A stretch of DNA of 63,806 nucleotides, the filler included, from Lenisia limosa (Eukaryota; Protista; Breviatea): assembly GCA_001655205.1 (NCBI GenBank). It is 10 parts of 10 records of this genome, joined end to end, with 100 filler letters (N's around TTAATTAATTAA, not from the genome) between each part and the next. Parts side by side here need not be neighbours in the genome. Positions count along the whole stretch, not along the records: positions 47,108 to 53,029 come from LPNZ01006391.1; positions 53,130 to 55,595 come from LPNZ01009982.1; positions 55,696 to 59,793 come from LPNZ01009186.1; positions 59,894 to 62,618 come from LPNZ01008825.1; positions 62,719 to 63,806 come from LPNZ01005648.1; 5 more parts are not named here. The stretch is one strand, 5' to 3'. Position 1 is the first letter of the stretch. Each line of letters opens with the position of its first letter. The notes under the pieces are model-generated. The model searched no databases and was not told where the DNA came from. It saw only the letters and a program-made list of their open reading frames with translations. Made by a program: the position numbers and the translations under genes. Below, one piece after another: positions 52,835-63,806 of the stretch.

Positions 52835-53198
52835 GTACGGGGGATGTGATTAGGACGATGATTGATGATGATGATTGATGATGATAATGGTGGTGATGAT
52901 GATGGTGATTATGGTGGTGATAATGATGATGATGATGATGATGATGATAGTGGTGGTGATGATGCATATTAACGCAGTTCAGTAGAAGTGCCTTGTCAGG
53001 TCTTTTTTGTTTTGTTTTTTACCCTTGGGNNNNNNNNNNNNNNNNNNNNNNNNNNNNNNNNNNNNNNNNNNNNTTAATTAATTAANNNNNNNNNNNNNNN
53101 NNNNNNNNNNNNNNNNNNNNNNNNNNNNNCTTCGGCCAGATACAATCTTATTTTTTTATTTCTGATTGTTTGATATAGTAATATATATAACCCCCCAG

Positions 53199-55370
53199 GT
53201 TCCGAGACGATTTGGATGCGAAGACGACGATGGCGTGTCTGATGTCTCACGGCAGCCAGGAGGACGTATTGGCCTATGCCGAGATCATTGGAGACTACGA
53301 GCGAATTATCGGGCATCATATTCAGGTAAGTAGAATAGTATTATTACATTCGTATTGTTAGGTATCAGATATAATACTAGTATATATCATATTTTTAGCT
53401 GGGGAGGCACTCAGAAAGCTGTATGCACAGAGTTGTCAGGCAAATGATTGGGTGAATTAATATTATACTATAAGCTATATGATATTATCATTGTTTTTCC
53501 AAGCGTTTTCGCCTCTGGTGGTGTTTGAAATATCATTCTTCATACTTCATATCCAGGGGGGGGGGGGNNNNNNNNNNNNNNNNNNNNNNNNNNNNNNNNN
53601 NNNNNNNNNNNNNNNNNNNNNNNNNNNNNNNNNNNNNNNNNNNNNNNNNNNNNNNNNNNNNNNNNNNNNNNNNNNNNNNNNNNNNNNNNNNNNNNNNNNN
53701 NNNNNNNNNNNNNNNNNNNNNNNNNNNNNNNNNTCAAGTTCCTTCTCAAGAAAAACTCGGCTGAGCTGTTTTACAGGGTACAGGGGGAATTTTTACTAGG
53801 GATTTTTTCATCCCCTGCATTATGTGATATCCTCTTACATTTAGGTGAGAGTGTTTTGTTAAACCCTTGAACTCCCCCATACCATCATCATTCTGGTTTT
53901 TTTGAAAAAAGAGAAATAATATTCATTAGAAATCTAGGGAAACAAAAAAAAATACATAGGGATACCATAAACAAATTACCATTCTACACTGGGCTGTGTT
54001 TGTTGTTTTCAATCTTCGTATCATATCGTGAATATTTGTACAAATAGTGAGTGGATTAAATTTTCCATTTTTACTTCGATAGTACTCACCAACACTCATC
54101 ACCTCTGCTCCTCGCGAACTCATTCAAGCCTGGGGTAGAATGCCCAAGTTAGATCCTAGGTGGGGGGGGGGGGGGGNNNNNNNNNNNNNNNNNNNNNNNN
54201 NNNNNNNNNNNNNNNNNNNNNNNNNNNNNNNNNNNNNNNNNNNNNNNNNNNNNNNNNNNNNNNNNNNNNNNNNNNNNNNNNNNNNNNNNNNNNNNNNNNN
54301 NNNNNNNNNNNNNNNNNNNNNNNNNNNNNNNNNNNNNNNNNNNNNNNNNNNNNNNNNNNNNNNNNNNNNNNNNNNNNNNNNNNNNNNNNNNNNNNCAGAA
54401 AGCTAATTCCAGCCATTGTGAGCTACGACCATGAGAAAGCCCAAAAGACATATGGTGATATCCCCAATCAAGTGGGGGGTACTTTTGTTCACATAATTAC
54501 AATTTAAAATATATAATACAGTGAAGTACCTGCTCTGACAATTACACATAGTAATAAGCGATCATTACCCAACAAACAGGATAATTACGTAATGAATCTG
54601 CTTTGGATACCTGTTAATACTTGCAGGCAGCAGTGTACCTTCGGTCCTTGGTGTCGGCCGGAAATACAGACGCAACCATTCACAACAAGCTTCTCTCGTT
54701 TCTGGTCAAGGAGAGCTCCTCGCATGCCCTGTTACAGTTCCTGGGTAGACAGGTGGAGGGGGGTCCATGTTGGGCTTCACTTCTGTTCGAAAAACGACTT
54801 AATTTATCGATAAAAAACTTTCGATATTTTACCGGAGCGAAGTGAAGCTCTTGGTCTTTGAGGTTGTAAATTTTTAAAAAATATTCACGTAAAGAAGGGG
54901 GGAGGGAAGTGGTTGTTTTAGCTCATATTCATATTAATCCCAAACAGAGTACTCTGAAAAAAGTTAACAGCAACACAAACGACTTTTTTTTCTTTTTTTT
55001 TTAAAAAAATATTCCGTCCATTCCTAAGCTGACCAGGACTCGCACTATGACCGTGAATACGCCTTGAGGCTCTGCACCCGTGAAGGCAAGACGGAGGTGG
55101 GAAACTCAGACTTTTTTGGGACCGTAAGGAAGCCCATGCTGTGAATCAGCATTTGTGCTCATCTGGTCATCTCAGTTGCCTCACTTAAAATACACATTGC
55201 ATTATTGGCCCATTTTTATTTTTATTTCTCATTTCCGCATTGCATTAGACGCATTTTTATTGATATTTCTCAGACCTGCATTTATTAATATTCTCATTTC
55301 CATTTAGGCCTGCATTGTTCTCTACGCTGTTCTTGGCCAATACGAACAGGCCGTTAACCTTGCCATTTCG
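53199..55370 (+). CDS. VPS18: Vacuolar protein sorting 18 (HOPS/CORVET subunit), internal fragment
   Basis: TTMACLMSHGSQEDVLAYAEIIGDYERIIGHHIQ; LDPR/KLIPAIVSY; TDATIHNKLLSFL; HYDREYALRLC; ACIVLYAVLGQYEQAVNLAI. Confidence 0.92.
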
Positions 55371-55949
55371 GTACGCTACTGAGTTGTAAGGCAAATGATT
55401 GGGTGAATTAAGTATTGTGTGTATGTTTTCTTTTTTGTTTCAACTTTTCAAATTTCACCCCATCTTCCCCTCTGCTCCTGTCTGTTGTGTCTTATTTTTG
55501 TTTTTTGTTTGATTGGATTCGTGATTAATACCTTTCCGCCAGTACCCATTTCCTTCGTTTTACCACTCCCACCGAACAATAGTCATCACATCTCCNNNNN
55601 NNNNNNNNNNNNNNNNNNNNNNNNNNNNNNNNNNNNNNNTTAATTAATTAANNNNNNNNNNNNNNNNNNNNNNNNNNNNNNNNNNNNNNNNNNNNGAATC
55701 GTATATAACTATATTGGTAAACAATAATATTAATACTTAACAATTAACACCGCTTTTCGCGTGCCTCCGCATACTGGATTTACTAGGTTGAAGAGTTGTG
55801 AGTACGGAGAACGCTCGAGGGGATACTTCTTCCTTGGTCCCGCTAGATTGATAAGAAGATAATGAGGGACAGTTAAGAAAAGAAACGCTGTTAATGTGAA
55901 GAGGAAAGAGGACACATAAATGCTGATTTTAACTGGGGTGATGCATTGC

Positions 55950-56819
55950 TAGACCCTCCCCAACACTGCAACTCTCGATCTTGATCGACCGCGCTGAAGG
56001 CCGGAAACGAGTGACATGGGCCTAAATGGTAAAACCAATCTATCTAAGTGTGTTCGTGAAGTCCTCCTGTTTCTGTCGTTTTCTGAGGAAGTTTTTCTTT
56101 GTGTACAGTCTACCGCCGGATCTCTATAATCCTAGTTCCAATAGAGATTTACTGAAAAAAAAGGTCAAAGGCTGTGTATAATGATGAAAAACTGGTGGTA
56201 AGCTAGAGGTAAGGTTTACTTTTGCTCGGGAAAATANNNNNNNNNNNNNNNNNNNNNNNNNNNNNNNNNNNNNNNNNNNNNNNNNNNNNNNNNNNNNNNN
56301 NNNNNNNNNNNNNNNNNNNNNNNNNNNNNNNNNNNNNNNNNNNNNNNNNNNNNNNNNNNNNNNNNNNNNNNNNNNNNNNNNNNNNNNNNNNNNNNNNNNN
56401 NNNATCAAAAATCCCCCCACTCCAAGGTTCGGAGGAAACGTCTATTCGATTCTGTCCGCATCTCAATCGCTACCCCCAAGAGAAACGGAATAAGGTTGCT
56501 AACAAAAACATTGATTGATATGTGTGATACATCATTCCATATGTAGTATGACGTAGTATTATATAGCATAGAGTATTCCGCCCACTTATCAATCCGCCTC
56601 TACAGACACACAATATAACACCTTCCCCCTCTCCCACCTTGGTTCGGAGGAAACGTCGGNNNNNNNNNNNNNNNNNNNNNNNNNNNNNNNNNNNNNNNNN
56701 NNNNNNNNNNNNNNNNNNNNNNNNNNNNNNNNNNNNNNNNNNNCTTCACCTCTATCCGCATCTGAATCGCCTGAAGTGGACTCTTCAGATGGAGTGATAC
56801 CGACATCTTCAGCCAGGGG
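55950..56819 (-). CDS. Fragment of an acidic, internally repetitive hypothetical protein
   Basis: Exon PLAEDVGITPSEESTSGDSDADRGE follows a family-A acceptor. Repeated units gttcggaggaaacgtc and tccgcatct.aatcgc occur at 56420-56470 and 56640-56770. Confidence 0.45.
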
Positions 56820-57374
56820 CTGTGGGGGGAGTAAAATTGGAAAATTTATGAAACCAAAAAAAAGCAACTTGATATCCATGCATGCCCCCCCCCCCACACA
56901 CACACACGCATAAAAAGTCAATCAAAAACTGTTTTACTTAACATCGCTCATACCTTCACAGCCTTATGTNNNNNNNNNNNNNNNNNNNNNNNNNNNNNNN
57001 NNNNNNNNNNNNNNNNNNNNNNNNNNNNNNNNNNNNNNNNNNNNNNNNNNNNNNNNNNNNNNNNNNNNNNNNNNNNNNNNNNNNNNNNNNNNNNNNNNNN
57101 NNNNNNNNNNNNNNNNNNNNNNNNNNNNNNNNNNNNNNNNNNNNNNNNNNNNNNNNNNNNNTAGCTGGTAAATGTAACTTATGAGAAACCGTGTAACTTA
57201 TGATTTGTTTGGACCACAGACGCTCATTTTGACCTTTGTTTTATAAAAAAACTTTGCAGACCATCTCAAAAAACTATTTTCTACAAAAATTTTTTTTTTT
57301 GAGGCAATAGTTCCGTTCACAGTTCAGTTCCTCCCCTTTATGGAAAGTGGAAGAATGTTTCGTCATTCTTGCAT

Positions 57375-59604
57375 ATGGAATCTGCAAGTGATTACTCGTT
57401 CAAAATCCCCCGCTCCACTTTTGATAAGTGCTATGATCGCTATGTTAAACTCGTTGAGAAAAGAATAGAGAACGGTGACACCTCAGGTGGTTTGTTTGAT
57501 CTAATCGATATCAAAAGTGGCCGAAAGCCGATTTCAGGGAAAAGCAAAAAAGTTGTTGTTGATATAACAAAAGGAATGAAGAAGGTAAGGTTCTGTTTTG
57601 TTTTGACATTTTAGAATGGTTTAAAACCGCATGTTGATTTATTGGTGAGAAAGATGAGAGAAGCTGACCCAAATCACAAAGGTGGAAGCAACCATCAGAT
57701 CTTGATATCAACAGACAGAAGGCAACACAGGTTTTTTTGGTAATTTGATCATTTGCTTTATAACTGTATGCTGACTAAGCGAACTTGTGTCTCTGGAACG
57801 AATATTCAAAAGGTGATAGTTGATAAAGTCGGAAAAATGAACACAACTGATATCAGGATCAAAGACAAGGAAGCTGTAAAGCAATATATGATATATTTGG
57901 CAATGGAAGCGCTGGTTAGTGTTAAAAATAAGCCCCTCGCTTCTGCTGTGACAATCTCGTCTCTCAGTGGTAAAATTGTAAAATCCCCCATTATTCTTGG
58001 AGGAGAGTCTTTTATGGCAAAAGCTGTTGATCGTGATCCTGTGCTGTTTGAGCCACCAATGCTCCCGAAATCGTATAATATGAACTCAAAAATGAAAGAA
58101 ATGAATGATCTGATTAATCAAACAAATTGGAGCCCAAAAGGAATGCAAGTTGCGTCTGATGAAGCAATAAAGGCTGCTCGAGATCGTGGAATGACAGTAG
58201 TCGGAGTGAATATGAGTGCCTATTTCTCCATGGAATCATTTGCTCTTTCAGTTGACCAAGTGTGTAAGTCATTCGGAGCCTCCCCAAGCAATCCTCTTCT
58301 TTTTGTCGGAGATGGAGCTCGGATTCACGTGACCCCAGAAGTAAGGTTTCTCTGTTTTATGTTTTCAGAATGCCTGTTCAATCTTTTTGAGAAATGGAGC
58401 TATTCTTGCTATTGAGCCGCCTTTTACGTCACACTTTCTGCAGGTGGGTATATTCAAGAAATAATCCTTCAGGTCGCAGATAGTATCTACTATTCTAAAG
58501 TGAATGAAATGCAGCTGAAAGAACTGGATCGCTATCTCTCAGTACATTCCCGAAAGTTTTTTTTTCATTGTTAATGTGAGAAATATGACTGAAGCCGAAG
58601 TTGCAGAAATTATTGCGAAAGCATTGAAAAAGCCCTCATTTGATGTGATTGAGTATTCTCAGCAAGATTTTGGCTACATTCCAAATGGGTTTGATCCGAA
58701 GTCCATTTCTATTGAAAAATTTGATAAGGGAAAGGTGTACCGTCCGACTCCTGAAGAGGGTTACCCTGCGGTTACATCCTTATTTGAAACAACTGTACAG
58801 TGAGAAAAACTGCAATGCTCCAACTGATGCTCCAAATCTCTATCTCTCTGTTCCTGCTGAACCAACGTTTATGGAAAAACCAACAGCATCTTCTTCAATG
58901 CAATTCAGAACGGAAACACAAGTTCTAAACTGCGGTGAAGACCTTTCGTTTGATCAAGCTATTGCTCAGCAATCAAAGAATGCAATTTCCAGCGATGAAA
59001 GGAAAGCAGAACTGGATGATTTAACAAATGGTTTCTTGCAAGGTGTAGCCTCTTCTCTTGCAACTGTCACTTTGAGAAATGAGAATGTTATTCAGCAGCT
59101 CCCTCTCATTTTAAGAGCCATTGTTTCTGATGACAATTACCGGAAGATGATTGAATCTGCAGTTAAGTTTACCCTCAATGTGGGGCCAGCGACAGATTTG
59201 GTGATGAAACCAGTTCGTTTCTTCGTTTTGGAGAACGGAGAAAGAGTGGCAACGATATTGCCTGGCCAGGTTTGAATGGTGTATTGACTCAATAACCACA
59301 TTTCTGCGTAATCACTCTCTGTTAATACGTTTTTTTATGCGAATAACTTCATGTGGATATATGTATGGCCCTATTATCCACTTCTGTTTATTCGGATGGA
59401 AGTCTCCCTGGCTTACCTACATGATTAATTTTAAGAATAAGAATAAAGGCATCTGATTTTAAGCTAATTTATTTAGGTTATTGCTTCGCAAGAAGAGCTA
59501 AAACTGACCGTGCTAGAAATACAAAAGTGAATAGAGGAGGAGTGCTTATCCCTACCACTGAAAAAATTGAGAAAATGAGAAAGAAAAAGAAAAAGTCACC
59601 GTAA
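57375..59604 (+). CDS. Compact orphan gene (~650-700 aa) with very short introns
   Basis: MESASDYSFKIPRSTFDKCYDRY... continues through long open frames joined by frame-preserving GT-AG introns at 57585-57614, 58341-58368, 58444-58472 and 58556-58580. Some other junctions are unresolved and no family was recognised. Confidence 0.6.
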
Positions 59605-60114
59605 TTTTGTTGAAAAATATAATATTTTTCTTTCCGTTGAGACGAGTTTACCTCAAAGAGTTGTCGTTGAAGTTGTCCTGTATTGTATCATGGGTTTTGA
59701 GAGAAAATCAGTTATTTCCAAAGTAAAAATGATGAAGTTCCCAAAAAAAAATCATAAGTTACACGGTTTCTGCGCAGCAGCATATTAATATTANNNNNNN
59801 NNNNNNNNNNNNNNNNNNNNNNNNNNNNNNNNNNNNNTTAATTAATTAANNNNNNNNNNNNNNNNNNNNNNNNNNNNNNNNNNNNNNNNNNNNAGAGAAC
59901 CTGGGGGTTAATTGGGGTGAGGGGTGGGGGGGTATATCTGACAGAACGTATCGGTTCGGTGCGTGAACAAGCCTTACTGAATCCAAATATTGATAATATA
60001 TACATATATTGTATACTCCATGCAGCTACATGATATCCTAAAAAGCACCAAATAGTTCAAATCCATATAACATCCACAATAAGCCATTTTGACATTTCAA
60101 CACCCCTCCCCCTC

Positions 60115-62610
60115 CTACTTCGGCAAGAGCATTGGCGGTGTCTTTAGGGTCCATGCGATGCTTGGCCGAATAAGTGCCGGAGACAACGTCTTTCCCGTCT
60201 GTGGGGGGAGTAAAACGAAGGAAATTTCGATAAAGAACATTGGCGTAAAGGTACTAATCACGAACAGAATAATCTGAAACTCTGTGGGGGGGGGGGNNNN
60301 NNNNNNNNNNNNNNNNNNNNNNNNNNNNNNNNNNNNNNNNNNNNNNNNNNNNNNNNNNNNNNNNNNNNNNNNNNNNNNNNNNNNNNNNNNNNNNNNNNNN
60401 NNNNNNNNNNNNAACAGATGCCAAGCAATCCCCACTCCCACCAGCAATCCTTGCTGCAATGATGGGGACGGCCATGTCGTTGCCATGGACCAATACAGCG
60501 GTCATGAGGGCCGAGGGCGTTACCTCCGCCGCCTCCAGGGATTCTGGGGTTTGGTAAACGCAGAAAATGTGTTATTCTAGTTTATGGAACAAAGAGAAGC
60601 AGTATACAATAGAAACCTAGTTTAATACTAAAGCCAATTTTCTTTGAAGATAGTAAATACTCACCCGCAGAGGCAGCAGCAAGAGCCATGTCTGTGTGAC
60701 TCTTAAACTCCGAACGTTGCGACTCGGCAATGGCCTGGGCGGTCTCGGCTCGAGCCTGGCGGTGGTCGTTTTTCTCTCCCTCTCCTCCCTCTTCTTCTTC
60801 AATATTATCCGCGCCACTTTCTTGCGAGGCGTCCCCAGCTGCGATATCCTCGGCCTCTTCTGGGAGGGTGTTGACTATGGGAATTGAAACAAATGACATC
60901 ATGCCATGATAATTCGGATGAATACCTCTCCTCATAAATATACATATTACACCCACGGCTATCTCAATATACCCCCAACCTGGTACTGATTCCTCCGCTT
61001 CCTCGGGTTGAACTTCTTCAGCTTCCTCGGGTTGATCTTCTTCAGCTTCCTGTCCTTCAGCTTCCTGTCCTTCCTTTTTCTTATCTTCATTTTTCTTGTC
61101 TTCATCTTGACCATCACCATCACCCTCATCACCCTCTTCCTTGTGAGCCTCATCAGAGACCATAGGAGCTGCTGCATCTACTATGTTAGCGATGTGAAGA
61201 CTGCCGGTTTCGTGTAACCCAGGTACGCCACAATCATACCCCCCCCCCCACCAGGCCCCGGGGCGTCGTTGACCTCAATGTNNNNNNNNNNNNNNNNNNN
61301 NNNNNNNNNNNNNNNNNNNNNNNNNNNNNNNNNNNNNNNNNNNNNNNNNNNNNNNNNNNNNNNNNNNNNNNNNGTCTCGTCATCCGAAATGGATAACACG
61401 TCATCATCATCGTCGTCGCCGGACAGCTGAGGCTCGGCTCGGATATCAACTGGCTCAGCGGGGGGCTCGGCCTCGATTATCGCCTCATCTGAAGGGTGAG
61501 GGCATTGGAATGTGTAAGGGTAATTTGGAGAAGTCTGTTCAATTATGTGGTAAAATATCTCTTCGAAATTATGATACTTCTTCAATTTTCTCAGGTTAAG
61601 GCTACGCATTTCAGATATATACGGGATAAGTCTTGACCGATTTTCCCTTGGGAATTCATATAGCAAATCGGTCAAGACTTATCCCGGTCACTGTACGTAA
61701 GAACACCCCCCCCCCAACCATCATCCACTTCATCAACAGGTACACCAAGGTCAATGTCGTCATCGATAGCCTCGGCCTCCGAGTCGGTGTTGTGCATCTC
61801 CTGGGGTGTTATATGGAGGGGATTGAAAATGAGTAAAAAAAAATATCATATGGCTTGGGAGTTTGGTGTACCCGGATTCCATATATATAGTGACCGGATA
61901 CATCTTGACCGATTTTGCAATATCCAAGGAAAATCGGTCAAGACTTACAGCGGTCAATGTACATATATGACAAGGGGGGTGTGTTACACAGCTCATAAGT
62001 GATAAAAGTCCCTCCGGTGCGGGTTGGGAGGGGACTCAACACAACACAGCCCCTCACCTCCTCGGGTTCTGGCACAAGTGGCTTGAGTTTCGAGGGCTTT
62101 TCCTCTTCTTCTTCATCATTATCCTGGGGGGAGTAAAATTGAAAAATTTATGAAACAAAAAAAAAACCTAAATCAACTATGTTGGTTGACAACNNNNNNN
62201 NNNNNNNNNNNNNNNNNNNNNNNNNNNNNNNNNNNNNNNNNNNNNNNNNNNNNNNNNNNNNNNNNNNNNNNNNNNNNNNNNNNNNNNNNNNNNNNNAACA
62301 CACACAAATCACTGTCAGAACAAAAACAACTCCAAAAAATAGCAAGAAGAAATATGCAAAGAAAAAAAAAAAAAAAACAATCACAAAAAAAAAGATATTT
62401 TCTGTGGTCCTGTGCAATACAGGATCTTGTTTTTAACATAAGAGCGAATCAAATGCATGGACGCACCTTAAGTGCAAAGTAGCAGCAGACGCAGCAAAGG
62501 GCCAGGAGAAGCACCAGCAGCACAATAATCCACCATGCGAGAATCTCGTCATCGTCATCTTCCTCCTCAACAATGGGGCAGATCTTGTACTCCTACTGGG
62601 GTCAAGGAGG
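60115..62610 (-). CDS. Acidic Glu/Asp-rich hypothetical protein (fragment)
   Basis: Exons DNDEEEEEKPSKLKPLVPEPEE, EAIIEAEPPAEPVDIRAEPQLSGDDDDDD, IVNTLPEEAEDIAAGD...MALAAASA, ESLEAAEVTPSALMTAVLVHGNDMAVPIIAARIA and DGKDVVSGTYSAKHRMDPKDTANALAEV. Confidence 0.6.
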
Positions 62611-62718
62611 TTGTATGANNNNNNNNNNNNNNNNNNNNNNNNNNNNNNNNNNNNNNNNNNNNTTAATTAATTAANNNNNNNNNNNNNNNNNNNNNNNNNN
62701 NNNNNNNNNNNNNNNNNN

Positions 62719-62841
62719 AATCCCCACCCCTACAAGGTTCAGGTATATCAAATCCCCACCCCTACAAGGTTCAGGTTTATCAAAATCCCCACCCCTACAA
62801 GGTTCAGGTATATCAAATCCCCACCCCTACAAGGTTCAGGT
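62719..62841. repeat. Minisatellite, four copies of a ~32-bp unit
   Basis: aaatccccacccctacaaggttcaggtatatc repeated head-to-tail without spacers. Confidence 0.9.
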
Positions 62842-63806
62842 TTTTAGGATGGCGAACACGCCTGCGTTCGGATCGAGCATCTCTTTTCGGACTATTTCGG
62901 TGAACATAATATGGGAGAGAGGAGGAGTGAGTATTTGATATGGCACAATTTGAAAGAGAAGGTAAAGCGAACTCTAGACCAGTATTATTTGAGAATTTCA
63001 TCAACATCCACCCATATGTGACATCCTTGACAACCCCGAATCGTTCATTCATTTTCCGAACTTACAAGTCGTAATCGGGGTTGACTGGGGCTTCGGGTTG
63101 GATGGTTGGTTCTGTACAATTAGAGCGATACACAGGGTAGAAATTAGTGATTCATATAACTGTAGCGTGTCACTTCAGTTCGAACATTTGATCGAGAAAT
63201 TCAGTCTTTTTTCGAATCAAAGTGAGGCCCAAATGAGACGTAATGATATCCAACCCCAAATCCAACATTCACACAGAAAAAAATCGTTCAGTGATATGAT
63301 ATTGTTATTCACTCATGTTATAATTGACTGGCAGTTCTTAATGACTGGCTGCAATCCGGATGGTCCCCCTTGAAATCCCTGTTCATCGTTTCGACTCGAA
63401 AGACATTCATCTAGTCATTTCACCAGTGGAGAAAGAGTTTTATTCAAACGTGCTTAAAATCTCTATCCAAATTCTAAAGTCACCACCCTTTGGCCTTATT
63501 TTTCTTTACAATTGCCTACCTGAAGAAGGGACTTGGGGAGCATTAGGAGCCACGGAGGGTGACTGGTGGGAATGGTGATCTTGTCTAGAAAGATAAGGGG
63601 ATGGGAATGGGGAATTTTCGTTTACGTGTCTCTAATAAAAAATAATAATAATACGGGGTAACGGCGGTATTGTTTTGGACAGTAATAATACGGGGTAACA
63701 GCGGTGTTGTTTAGACATTATAACAAAATAAAAGGTCAACTTTTACAACACCTGACGTTTCCCACCCATTTCCCCCCTCATACTGCCGAGAAAGCGCAGC
63801 TGCCAT

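Noticed and set aside
62719-62841. CRISPR array
   Set aside because: The units are head-to-tail with no unique spacers.

Overview
Eukaryotic nuclear DNA from an intron-rich, mitochondriate, probably flagellated protist. It uses the standard genetic code and GT-AG introns. The window is not one contiguous locus: nine identical 100-bp spacers (44 N + TTAATTAATTAA + 44 N) join about ten assembly segments, and several genes are cut at them. Recognisable genes are NOP58, cyclin B, a membrane class III nucleotide cyclase (partial), condensin II CAP-H2 (partial), a PTGR-like oxidoreductase, a multi-RRM protein, Rab GDI, a YME1/FtsH protease, dUTPase, CFAP57 (partial) and VPS18 (partial). There is also a surface protein with bacterial-type Calx-beta-like and IPT/TIG-like modules, plus several orphans. 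Introns contain at least six small repeat families. The most unusual is a repeat of up to about 150 bp ending in poly-C-AG. Every copy with an assignable host gene lies in the sense orientation, and it forms the actual 3' splice site in at least eight introns, some of which begin with complementary G-runs. A ~55-nt stem-loop/poly(A) element has a target-site duplication in one copy. All gene models were spliced by eye, so boundaries are approximate.
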